Notes under the pieces: generated by a model
The model's input: only the letters and a program-made list of their open reading frames with translations
Databases searched by the model: none
Told to the model about the DNA's origin: nothing
Assembly: GCF_964204645.1 (NCBI RefSeq)
Contig: NC_134031.1
Coordinates: forward strand, 4,216,001-4,280,000
Reading direction: 5' to 3'
Length of the DNA stretch: 64,000 bases
From: Tubulanus polymorphus
Taxonomy: Eukaryota; Animalia; Nemertea
Shown here: positions 25,549 to 37,781 of the stretch, piece after piece
Layout: each line of letters opens with the position of its first letter
Position numbering within the stretch: position 1 is the first letter of the stretch
Translations under genes and position numbers: made by a program

Positions 25549-27134
25549 AGGTGCGTACTTACCCGTACTATTTACTGAATGAAAACGACTGGATAATCGT
25601 CCTATGAAACGAAACCGTCGTAGGAGAAAAACGATTTCATCCGGCACGAAAGTGAACCTTTATTCCTCATTAGTACCCCGGGAACGCCACGATCGCATTA
25701 CACAAACAATCCACCACATTTTGAAAAATATGTTTTTTTCTGGATGGCTCCGAGTGCGTGGAGGCGGAGCCAGAGAGTCGTTCCGCCAGTCCGAATCTGA
25801 AAGGCCCCGGAGTATTAGGGATTTTCAATCATCCGAATCACTGATTGAAAAAGTACGAACCGCATTGGAAAATAAATGGGGGGCTGCCTTAGGAGGCGGG
25901 GGCAGTACCCTTCCACAGACAATTTTGTGCCCTTTTTGCATCTGATTACCCTTTTTGTGAATTTTAGTGAATCATTATTCTGAAATATCCAATAGAAATT
26001 AAGAATCCTTCACTGGGAACTGACATTGCTGTCAAGGCATTACAGAGTTCTTGTTTGCCTCTGGGAAACTGCCCTTTTTAAGCCGGCACCCGCCCATACG
26101 GCACCGAAAAAAAAAACATTTTTCCTGGTGAAATGTTATGCGTGTGCGGCGGGTGTCGGGCCCCACTCCCAACAATGAGAGCGTGGCCCTGGTTATCTAA
26201 TCACTGTTTTTATCTTCAGCTCATATTATTATTCAGTCGTCCCATTGTCGTACGTAATTACTTGCCTCCACTCACTAATTAATCATTCTTAATTAACTTA
26301 TTTCTAATTACCATGCTCACTCCGTTTCTAATCAGTGTCACTCTCCCTATAAATGCTTTGAAGTTTATTCTCAGGTTGAGCTCTGCATTTTCCCGATGAA
26401 GCTGCATTGGCAGCGAAAGTGGTACAACAAATAAACTAGTTACCGGTAACCTTCAAAGTATTTTTTATTATCATTTTGGTGTCTGTCTAAAAGGCCTACG
26501 TGACATTTGATAGCTAGATATTGAGATAATTGCTCGCTTTGACAAGGAGACGCCGGCACTAGGGATAAGTACTTGTTTCAATTTCTCAGTCTGCTGCGTG
26601 ACGTGTCGAAAGGAGGTCTGTATTTTTTCTGCAAATATAGGAAAAGATCACACTTGTTATTTTTGTGTCGCAACAGAAACATCGTTACCTTGTATTGCGC
26701 TGTGGTGTCACCGACGACAGTTGTATTTATTTGGGTATATCAGTTTCATTGTTCATTCAATTCTATTCGATTCAATATCTATCTCACGGAAAAGCAGAAC
26801 GATGCGATCAGGGAAAAATAAACAATTTAAAAAACGAGATGAAAAAACTAATTTTCAAATATTGGGGTGCGCTTTTTTATGCAGGCCTTATACAAAGCAA
26901 TTCGGGGCCGCTAACGCAGGCACCGAAATGAAAGAGAGAGAATAAGGAAAAAGAGATGGGAGAAAAAATGAGAAACAGATAAGAAGACACAATAAGAGCT
27001 TGGAACGAAAACAGGGAAAGAAAATTGGTGTAGGAAATACATGTATTTTGATAACAATGAAGAGACGCTAAGTTGTTTGCACATTTGGAGGTTAAAATAC
27101 TCGTATATCGTCTGTCGCCCCAATGTGTCAATGA

Positions 27135-30100
27135 AACCTTGAAACGCTTTCTACTTGCCTTTGATCGGTAGGTATAGTAAGCGAATTCAGCAGCGAGGAC
27201 AATGAATGACACTATTATCCCCGCAGCCAATAGAATCATCGGTCCAGCGAATGACGATAACTGAACTGGCGGTTCATCGTTCCACAAACCACCAGTTGTT
27301 GTTAGTTTTCCGTTTTCAAAAACTGTATTATCGTCGACTTTGTAATTTCTACATTTGATGCCATCAATAAACCATCGTCTGTAGTATATTTCCATTTTCC
27401 CGCTTTCTCTCAATTTCAGAAGCGCCCTGCTCAACGCCTCGCGTAACGGATGGTTTTCTTGTACGGCGAATCCGTAGTCTCGTTCCTCTAAACTTCCTCC
27501 CACCACAAACAAGTCGCAGTTAGACGAGTTTGCTGCTAACCAATCTAGATATGAACTTTCCCCGATAAACACGTGGCCTCCTATCAATATATAAATATTT
27601 TACTTTTAGTGATGATTTTCTTTCACACCGCATGAACGGGAACCCACATTTTCAACCATGTACTGATTAAGAAAATAAATATTCTAAAGAATTCGACCGA
27701 TCCCCAACTATATCTGTACTTCGGTTTCCGATTTCAAAATCAAACCCCTGTTTCGCTCCCGGTAGGTGCGGTGGTTTGTAAGGGACTGAAATCACCCGAT
27801 CAAAAAGGGGACAATCCCTATTTTAAGATCGTAAAGAGCATTTTATATATGGTCCCTTTCAAATGTTACGGAAATGGTGAAATTATCCCCCAAAAAAGAG
27901 CATTCGTTGTATACCTTCCATGACTTTTTCGTTAGCATCAAGCACCGAGTCGTAGGTCTGAATGTTTTCCAACAGACGCCGGTAATAGGAACGGTTGCTA
28001 TCCCGAAAGAAGTTTCGAACGGAGCCTTCGTCTAATGTCCCATATTTCAGTTCAGGATACTTAATCAGATCGCCGACATTTCGGACTTTCGCCAACTGAC
28101 GAGGATCACGAGACACGAAAGGAGTGGTTTTAATCATGGCAACAATGTACGTCGCTAAGACAACTATACAGAACATCCACCAGAACGAAACTAATGATCG
28201 CGCAGAAATCGACATAGGGCGTGGTCTTGAACCTGAAAAGTAAATATAAAAAGTGAGTTTCTTAGTTCAGCCAGTAAATTAATATCAATTCGATCCAATG
28301 GGAGCATAGGTTAGTACGCTATCAAAAAAACTCCTAATCTAAAACCTACACCCGACTACAAGGATGATTACTGCGCGAATATCGTGTAACAGTTTTTCTA
28401 AGGATAAGAAACAAATTTTACGTATTGTCGGGGTGTTATAGACCTTCAAAATACAAGAATGATAACCAATCGGCAACCTTCGCTGTCTAGTACACGGGCA
28501 GCAGTGGGATCACGCGTGGGGACATAAAACTGAAACAAGCAAATTGCTCGTTAGGTTAGAATTCTGTTGTGAGCAGAGGAGTGTCTGTCAGGAGTGTCTC
28601 TCGAGTTGCATAATTTGTAACGCCTGGAAACTGAGACTTGAGGATTTAAGCTGGACAGAAATTCAGTATCTGGTTAATATTAGTACATGTGGTGATTATA
28701 GAATAGTTAGCGAGTTAAGGCTAAAAAAAATTGATACCTTGTTTCTCCGCTCTCCTGAGCTTAAATGTTGACCCGGCCGGCCGCCTATCTACTCTATACA
28801 TTACTTTTTTTTTAAATCGTGATCAATTTTACCATAACAGACCCGGCCGCTATAGAAATGAACTGTTTATAAATTTTATCATATTTTACAAAAATGACCC
28901 GGCCGCTGCAGAGAAACAAGGTATCATTTTTGTTTAGCCTAACGACTCTTACCTTGCAATGCAAAACTACTGAAGACGAACCACAGGCTTTGTTTCAAAC
29001 CGATGTTCTCGTGGTCATGTTCGTCAGATAGCCCACGACGCAAACGATATCCCCATTCATACGGGTTCAAGTAGTTGTGAGCTAGTAGTACTAGGCTTAC
29101 CTGCCAAAAGGAAGTTGAGACATTGATGCTTTTTATGAAATATAAAACCTGAATTTCTTAAAATTAAAAATTAAAACTCGCAGTTGGCCCGCGTGTTAGA
29201 ATGAGAGTATGATGCTGATATATATAGCTTGATATATCGGAATTTGATTTTATATTTTCCTTTGACAGAAAATCTAAATGTTGTTAACTACATTGTAAAA
29301 TTGCATGTAGGCCTAGTGAGTTTTAAGGTCTACTCTATTTCATTATCCGTTTATCATGTATATACATATGCAATTACAATAAAATGGACTGGGCATTTAC
29401 ATACCACTAACCAGGACAGCAAAATCAACAACCAGACCCACGATGAAAATGGGTTGAAAAAATAGCTCAGATTTCCAAGTTCGGTACGATCTTTTCTGAT
29501 GACGTCACGTCTGTTCATTAACATTGTCAATCCTAATTGCAAAAATGGCCGAGTGAAATCGACGACCGACTCTCTTTGTGATGTTATAGTTAAAGGCGCA
29601 ACTGCCACGTCTGCGGCCTAAAATGGCAAAATATTTCACAGAATGTACAAACCATGAATGAGAACCGTTTTTTCCACCGATAGATTGAGGAAATATATTA
29701 CTGGGATAGAACTTGGTCTAATACTTATTCAAAAAAAATCAAAAGCGGGTTTGTTCTCGGTTTGTGTTTACAGAGCTTGCTGTACCTTTTTAAGGTCATC
29801 AAGCCTTAAAGCGACGATATGCTTACCCCGGACATAACCTCGCCAACCATTCCACTCCAATGAGTTTCGTTTATTTTCGAACCAAACTTTCCATCGGGAA
29901 CGAGATAAACACTGAAATCTATGCCCAATATTTTTGCCAGTCCTCCCATGATGTCCATATTATAGCCTTCCCACACATAACGACGAGTTCTTTTATTGTG
30001 ACGAATGTTTATGAAGGGTGGACTCTGAAAAAAATCCGTTGACAATATCGCAAGACAAAATTTTTACGTTCGTGTTTGTCATGATGGGAACATGTTTTTC

Positions 30101-31401
30101 TGTTTAGAATTCGAGAGTAAGATTGGAATCGTGGTATATCATAACACTAGATATGGTAACAATAACTTTAAATGTCATCTGGAGGTATCCATTACTCAGG
30201 AAATTAAAATTGTCATGAAGCAGAACGAAGAGATGGAATGTTGATCATGGAATCGGATTGATATGTCATTCATTTCCTTACCCCCACAGCTTCCAACCGC
30301 TGAAGAATAAAACCCTATTTGTCCCCGATTCGTGCGATTGATTTTTGTTAGTCGTATTAAGCCGCAAACTACACGATTTTCCTTGAACGTAAATCTTTGC
30401 CAGAAGAAAAAAATTGAAGGTTGTTGAGCCAATAATTCACGGTAAAACAAGTTCCTTAATTAATTAACCTGTAAACAGATCTGGGACCCAATAATTTGTT
30501 CAATTGGAGTTTTAGGCTTACCGTAATAAATCTATAGAATAACCTACCATGATTGAAACTGCCTTGGCAATCGCCCGTCCATTTCTACCGACAGGTAAAC
30601 CATATCGCGTCTCTGGAAAATGTACCAGAATTTACTCTTTAAAGTTTCATGAATGTTAACTAGGAATATTTCATCATTCATTGGTCGGGTTTATAAATCA
30701 TGACCCTCTGGGATCTTTGCGTCTCCAAGACTGCGAACCTTGGTGTCTTTTTACATCAGAATTCCGTGAGGTTTGAAACAATGATGACGGTGATATTTTA
30801 TACACCGCACTACGCTTCGTTTCAGAGCGGTTTTACACGATTAAATCGACGATTCTTCGGCTGAAGTGCTCATTAGAAAGATGGGTCTGTATAAGTTTTT
30901 TCAAAAGTTTCAACATCGTTCTAGTTTCTGATAAAAGCAGGCTAAAAAGGTGGTACTGCAAAATAAAACCTCGTTTACCATGAAAACTAGAGAGTGGGAA
31001 ATTACGCTGCGACCTGAGTGACGACTTGGTTTATACATGTAGAGATAAAGCATCTTGGGAGATAAGCAGACCATGACCGGTATAGCCAATGCAGACGATG
31101 TGGAATCTTAGTTATATATCCGAAATAAATGTATTTGGTGGGAACTAATCGGTAATTCAAGAGGTTCTATGCGGATTAAACGTGCTTCTTTGAGACAACA
31201 GAACTTGAGAAACGGAATTTCGAGGGGAAACCGACCGCATACGAATAGCATAAGTTAAAAACACGTGTGGCATTTAAAGACGTGCCTACGATAGACCTAG
31301 GTTTGGTTACCAAGGCTACTGAAGCTCTTAAAGTATCGCTTACCTTTTTGTGCGGTTTTCGTAGGAAAACATAGAAGACACAAGACCCACACGTAAATCA
31401 T
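27135..31401 (-). CDS. Ionotropic glutamate receptor-family / variant IR subunit lacking the amino-terminal domain; exons 31401-31344, 30612-30548, 30024-29827, 29617-29405, 29100-28953, 28232-27915, 27580-~27140; terminal exon unresolved
   Basis: S1 (SPPF..WEGYNMD..VPDGKFG..WSGMVGEV..ADVAVAPLTITSQRESVVDFTRPF), M1 (NPFSSWVW), M2 (SLWFVFSSFALQG), M3 (SARSLVSFWWMF), S2 (YGTLDEGSV, FIGESSY, DYGFAV, LLKLRESG, RRWF..C) and M4 are all present; junction phases are consistent. Confidence 0.88.
27690..27790 (+). repeat. Dispersed repeat family C (other copies 33453-33560 on +, 44500-44590 on -)
   Basis: Shared core CCGATTTCAAAATCAAACCC..TTCGCTCCCGGTAGGTG.GGTGGTTTGTAAGGGAC at three loci. Confidence 0.75.
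28719..28939. mobile_element. MITE family B (Harbinger/Tourist-like) in a receptor intron
   Basis: ~29-bp TIR GGCTAAAAAAAATTGATACCTTGTTTCTC / GAGAAACAAGGTATCATTTTTGTTTAGCC with TAA on both sides (TWA TSD); internal ACCCGGCCG repeats. Confidence 0.8.
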
Positions 31402-32583
31402 TGTATTTGCTTGTCCGCTGACCGAGGTACGACATCGGCGACTGTTAATTTAGCAATAGATCTCATCAACCTCAAACAACGTGGCACAGAATAAGCGTAA
31501 TTTAATTTGGATACGTTATCAAATTCACATAACCTTTCGAAGATTGAATTACCCACGCATCGTAAAATAAATAGAACTCGTAAATGGGCGTTATCCGTAT
31601 TGTTTCTTTTTTATGGAATGATTGATAAAACATTGCGAATTATTTTCTCACAATGATTTAGTTTTGAAAGAGAAAAAGCTTGAACGCTATCGAGAGAGTG
31701 GACCTTTGCTTCCCACGCAGTTCGTGCGTGATAGAACAGTAAGTGTTGTCCAAGTATAGCCACACGTACTGACTCGCTGTTACTTCGTCGTAGCAACATT
31801 TCAGAGTTTCAACATTCATGAGTCGAGAAGATACACAATATCCGTGTAAGATGATAACGAGAGAAATCCCCACAATAAATTCAGTCAAAGAGTGAAACTT
31901 GAATAGAAGAGTATACATATATTGCGCAACATTTCCGCTAAAGACTATTAGCTATCATCAGGCGTACTGAGAACAGGAGAATATTACAAGATATTTTTAC
32001 AAGACCAAAACAATAGAGACAGAGTGAGTGATTAAAATGTTGAAAGGGGAATGTATTAAAGTAATGACACAACAGCTGGAAAACAATAGTTAAGTAAGCT
32101 AGGCAAACTAGGGGCAACATACCAAATGTAACCTAGGGCAAATCGGCGACGAATACCATTTTATAATGGAGTGTACTTTTTTCGAAAGTTTAAGAAGTCG
32201 GTACATACCGCAACAAATAGTAACGTTTCCTAATATAAGAAAATTTATGAACCTTTTTACGTCAGAAAACCCAAACGTCCTAAGGAATCTTGCAGTTTTT
32301 ATAAAAAAGGCACATAGCCTCATCTAGCCTCACCTCATCGCTGTTCCTGGTATACACGAACTTTTCAAAATAACTTTTCAATTGTAAATATAACTAGTTA
32401 TTGTATGACTAGCAACTGTTATTGTATAACTGCAAACTGTTTATTTTGTATGTATCCTGTGCTCGCAAAAAATGTACAATTTTCTGGAGCAATAAATTTA
32501 AATCTAATCTAATCTAATCATAGATTAAAGTAATTCAAAAACAAAAGACACAAACTAAAGTGATTAAACGTGAGGTTCTCAGT

Positions 32584-32626
32584 ACGCCTGATGACGGCTA
32601 ATAGTTTTAAGCCGAAACTTTGCGCA
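32584..32626 (+). ncRNA. Minimal type I hammerhead ribozyme-like motif (Penelope-type), degenerate
   Basis: CGC-CTGATGA-CGGCT-AATAGTTTTA-AGCC-GAAAC-TTT-GCG: core boxes, stem II and a short stem I are present; stem III is imperfect. Confidence 0.5.
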
Positions 32627-33643
32627 ATATATATATACTCTTTTATTCAAGTTTCACGTTTTGACTTAATTTATTGCGGGATTTCTCTCGCTTTCAATAT
32701 TCATATATCGAAACTTTATTACCAAAGAAAACTTTTATGACTAGTGCATGATTATATAGTAGCAATATTTCAATCATTTCCCAAGACTGAATCCAGTTTA
32801 CCAAAAAGCATTTTTTCAGGTAGTCAAATCTTTTGATTTTATTGCAAGATACTTCAATATTTTCAATAAGACGGAAATAAGTCATTTAACATTTTACTCT
32901 TTAACAGCCCTGGCGCAGGTTAAAAGTTTATATAAATAAAACGTTATGGAATCAAGAAACTACTAAACTAAAAATGTCTTTTCTGTAGTTATATATATAA
33001 GATATATATAAGATATATAAAGATGTATCCTATTTTCGTGCTCCAAAAATTGAGACCACATCCTAACAAACCCCACCATATATACATGCACATATAATAT
33101 ATTTCACCACATCGTATCGTGGTTCTCACCATATATCACAATTAAAATCACAAGGATGATCGCTATTGAACTAGGAAGTTACTAAAAATACATTTTTGAT
33201 AATAAGCAATAGCACATATGAAAAAAGATCTGAGATTCATTGATGAAGCAAAGAAAAATATATTCATATTCAACTATTTCGATCCTATTTCAGAACTGAC
33301 AGCGTCTCTGGGCCACCAGGATGAAAGGATATACAGTTTTTTTATCAGAATATCTGTTCTTAAAATCATCATAAGTATTGCATTTTTAATGGTCAAATGA
33401 AACCAGATTTTATACCTCGCACCTAAGTTCGATTTCAACAAAGAAAAATTCTTAATTCGACCGCCGGTCGAACAACTATTACTTCAATTTCCGATTTAAA
33501 AATCAAACCCTCTGTTCTGTTCCCGGCAGGTGTGGTCGGTTTGTAAGAAACACCAAATCAAAACAAATCAACCCAATCTTTCAAACAAATAAACAACTGC
33601 GTCACACCCTATTCTAAAACGTATTTCAGTAAAGCAAATGATA

Positions 33644-36434
33644 TCATACGTTAAATGGACTCTGCCTCCGTCGTGATATATAATTTGGGTTTCTGTGAAC
33701 GCCAGCGGTGTCATCACTGGAGCCGTAGCGAACGGCAACGGGCCTCTCTGTCGACACCAAAGGTGTCTCGTCATCATTTAAGTCAGCGGCGTTCGAAAAC
33801 TTAGCGGACGTTTCAGTGACTGGTGATGCGCTGCTGGTGTCCTTTGGTGAGGAGCGACGCCTTCGATTTGCTAGAACTATTACAACGGCAATCAGTATAA
33901 CTATCGCAATGCCTTCGATTATTGTCCCCAAAATCCACGAGTTTTCCGACAAAAGCAACAAAAAACTGTCACTTCCATTTGTCACTGAAATAAAAACGGC
34001 GATAAAAAATCCAAAATACATGATAGAAAGCTTTATACACTGCTACGTATATAGAATTACAAACATTTATAAACATTCATCAAAATTGTATTCAGGATCA
34101 GATATTCTATGAGCGTTTAGATAATTGAACATTCAACTGGAGAACCAAATTCTAACCCAAAACTATATCAATATTTATCCCACATTCATACGCTCAGTGG
34201 GCGATAGAATGACATTAAAGAATTAGTTTCATGCGGTTTTTTGGCCGATATTTATCATTCAAATTAAACTGATTTTTGGGAATTGAATAAAGTAATCTTA
34301 CCATCCGCCTGCAGTTTCATTGTATCGTAATCATAACCCAGATTTCTGGAGTCGGCGAACATCATCGCGTGAGTGTACGTAAAGGGCGGGAAAAACGGCA
34401 CCAAGTACTCGTCTCTGTTGTGACCGATTGGGGCATTACGAACCGGGAACTGAAATAGATTCAAAAGTTAACTATGTATGGTTTCAATTAGTAGTGAGTT
34501 TGGGTGGAGTTATCATGCCTTTCTGAACAGAGACAAAGCTATGCATACTAGTAGTTGAAATGTAATTCGAGTCCTTTTTAATCAATTGCAAACTGTAAAA
34601 TAAAACAACCGTTTGTCCGAGCGAGGCCTATTCATATTCATAACTTTTTTGTTCCATTCAAATATCTAAGGTTGGGAATATAATCTAGTTGCTTCGGTTG
34701 ATAACTGTTATAATGATATATCTACGTACCTCGCTTAATGACGGCCGATTCTTTCGGAGCCACATTTCAAATAGTTTATCGACGAACGTGTGATGGGCCA
34801 GGAATATCGGATCGTTCAGCGACGACGATTGGTCTCCGAAATGGCCTAAAGCTGCCTGATGAACCTAGAAGAGGATATTGTATACATGTCGATCTTTTTT
34901 TCTCATTAAAAACTATAGGTTGAGAGATTGAGGAGATATTTGTGGCGAATATGTGCATCATGATATTGCAAGTTGAAATTGCCTTGAATTCTAAGCCATT
35001 TGCATATTAGCCATATTTGACTTTGACTTTGATTTTGACTTTGACTTTGACTTTGACTAGCCATGCGACTTTCGTACGAATTTTGTGAAAAGATTATCGG
35101 AGACACTTACTACGTTATGCATTAACATTTCATCGGCTGAAAAGTTAGCGAGACCGCTTTCTTTCGCGAAACCTTCGAGGACATTGCGGAAACTGCGATT
35201 ATCCGATGTATTCTGGTACGGATACGTATCGTACACGGGTCTGGACAACATGAAATCGACTTGTTTTCTGGTGGGAAGAATCACCGGGTTGTCCGGCGTA
35301 AAGAGCCATCTGTAGAGATATCCGTAATCCCCGGCTGGGTCACACGAACGGCACCCGAATCCATAACGTGGATTTATATCGCACATCACTTTCCATTTAG
35401 AGAACGGGGTACTGGCATCTAACCGTTTCGGGTAGGGGATCGTTGTAAGCGTTTCAGAACCGAACAAATCCGGGGTACAAACTTCACACCACTGGCCATC
35501 GTCGACCCAATCCCAGTACGGAAGAGTAAAATCCGCCGCTTGGAAACGTTCTAGCGCGATCTGTTTCAAATCCCTTTCCAGCGCCAGTAACAGTAACCGA
35601 TGCCACGTGATGAATCCGGAACCGATGTGGCCGAAGTCTAAGTGAAACACTCCATTCGTCGTGCAAGTCGTTTTATTCTCGGGTAGAGTGCTTCGACTGC
35701 CGTATACGTGTAAATACACGTAAAAATCGTACACGGAAACCGGGATGAAATTCAGATTATCCGTTCCATTGACGGGATCGACATTTTCTTTACTGGTTAT
35801 ATTCATGACCATCCACTCCGATGCGGTAAATTTAGATGCGTCCAACACGTCCCGCAGTAATTTACGTTCTTTCGCTTCGAGGTTGACCGCGTTTTTACGA
35901 ATAGAAGTCCGTCTTTGGATGCAGTTTTGGCCGTCGAAACCGAACGCGCATTGGGAGCATTGATATCCATCGAAGTTGCCTTCGCATAAACACGCATTTT
36001 TGAAGAATTTCTTCGGCCAGTTCAGCCGGTCGTCTAAACTGAAGGGCAGGGGTAGTTTCGGTATTGGTCTATCGGTTATCTCAGTACAGCGCCCCCTACT
36101 GGGTCCCCCACAAGGCAAACTGAATCCTGAAATTATAACATGTTTATCAGAAACAACTAAAAAAGAAGTAAAGATTTTTCATAAATGTTACTTGTTTTAC
36201 ATTCATGCATTTGCCTATAGGCCAGATATTCACTTCACAAACCAGAATTTCGTTATGGCTGTCAGACACGTAAAATTCAAAATTCCTTTTACCTTTAGGA
36301 ACGGGACAGCACGTACTGTCCGCTTTAGTGGCATTTCGGATACAAACGCTTGGAAATTGCGCTATCGTCTGTCCAAACAATACCAGCAAAATAACAGTCC
36401 CGATGATGGCGTACATTTTATAGACATCAGACAT
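33644..36434 (-). CDS. Membrane-bound tyrosinase / tyrosinase-related protein, ~593 aa; exons 36434-36293, 36126-35111, 34864-34730, 34449-34302, 33984-33644
   Basis: Signal peptide then AQFPSVC. Cys-rich domain (CCP..CG..RGRC..DDRLNWP..C.C.GNF.G..C..C), CuA (YLHVYGS..DFGHIGSGFITWHR), PYWDW, CuB (MHNVVH..NDPIFLAHHTFVD), APIGHN, LGYDY, TM helix, tail DETPLV. In phase (1782 nt). Confidence 0.95.
35017..35057. repeat. (TTTGAC)n microsatellite in a tyrosinase intron
   Basis: About 7 hexamer units. Confidence 0.85.
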
Positions 36435-36706
36435 TCCTATAGTCACGCGACGTCTCGTTTGTGCAGATTTGTACTGCGACGTGAAAATGAACGCTTTTGT
36501 GTACTGTCAATGCGTGTATGAACAAGACAGGGCAATTAATGTGCGTACGTACGCATGCACGCTTTAAGATATAAGTGAAAATAACCGGTCTGGTCTGCAA
36601 GGTGACTCCCCTATACTTTAAGATAAGGAATGATTTCGCTTTGAACTAATGAAGTCATACAAACCATTCGTTTTTATGATGTCAGAATATACATAGGTCT
36701 AACAGT

Positions 36707-36892
36707 ACGATAACCACACTCAAACGTGGTGAACAGATGATAAGATAAAAACCCACTATTTAAAAATTAAAAGAACTCTAACAATCTAAAATATAGGAAC
36801 ACGACGTTTCGATCTCACACTAGAGATCATCGTCAGGTGTCTCGATTTTAGATTTCTTTTAATTTTTAAATAGCGGGTTTTTATCTTATCAT
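36707..36892. mobile_element. Short Penelope-like insertion: inverted arms around a hammerhead, with ~12-15-bp target-site duplication
   Basis: Inverted arms ATGATAAGATAAAAACCCACTATTTAAAAATTAAAAGAA (36737-) / TTCTTTTAATTTTTAAATAGCGGGTTTTTATCTTATCAT (-36892); direct repeat CATAGGTCTAACAGT at 36692 and 36890. Confidence 0.65.
36796..36843 (-). ncRNA. Minimal type I hammerhead ribozyme
   Basis: The minus strand reads gagACAC-CUGACGA-U-GAUCUC-uagugu-GAGAUC-GAAAC-GUC^GUGUucc: intact core, 6-bp stem II, GUC cleavage triplet, stem I ACAC/GUGU and a palindromic ACGU stem III. Confidence 0.7.
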
Positions 36893-37696
36893 AGGTCTAA
36901 CAGTTACTTGGAAGTGACATTGAAAAAATATGATTTAAGATTCATCATTTTAAGGAAATCGTTTGTATCTTCTTTACGATAGTTTGAATGATTCTAGCTT
37001 GGCTGTGTTTCGATGTTTATGTTTTGTTACGGTTCGAAAGAATATATCCGATGGAAAAACCATTTCTATTCGTTGTCGGGGTAAACGTTTGTATCTTGCT
37101 GCGTAAAACCAATGACCATTTCATTCGTTGTGCGTGAGAAAAACTAATATCACTATCAATCCGCAGTTGAAGATAGATCTGGTCGGTATCGTCACCACGG
37201 TTCAACTGGATGTCAGAATGAGTGGAGGAATTAGTGGATTGTGACATTTAACGATATTCTTAATTAGATAATGTAGCTATTTCTTGAATATGGGTTATAG
37301 AAGGACTTAAGTACTTCAGATAGAAATGTATATTGTTTAGTAGATTCAAGTCTAAAATAACATAAGTTCATAGATTGCGCCATTGTATGGAGTTTAACAA
37401 TTCAATTCAATTCAATTAATCTTTATTAACTCCATAAAGAACAAATTTTCTAGGACAAGACATGTTAATAAAGAGACTACACAACACAATACAATACAAT
37501 GTAACACAGTACAATACATGACAAGAACATTTTCATATTAAGACACGTAGTAATATAAATATCATCTAGTAAGACGCGATATTTTCCAGAATTTTCTTTC
37601 ATCATGTTCGTCAGGAAAGTTGGATATTTCAAAAGTTTCTAGAGCCAGATCATGGACTCTCCTGGAATTTATCGAACATTCTGTATTGCCGTAGGT

Positions 37697-37781
37697 ATGG
37701 TACGGTGGCTGATTTGGCCCATACTAAAAGATTTTCTGTACTAAATTTTTTAGTATGGCCCGAATCAGCCATCATAGTATG
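37697..37781. repeat. Long imperfect palindrome / mini-MITE
   Basis: TACGGTGGCTGATTTGGCCCATACTAAAAGATTT pairs with AAATTTTTTAGTATGGCCCGAATCAGCCATCATA. Confidence 0.6.
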
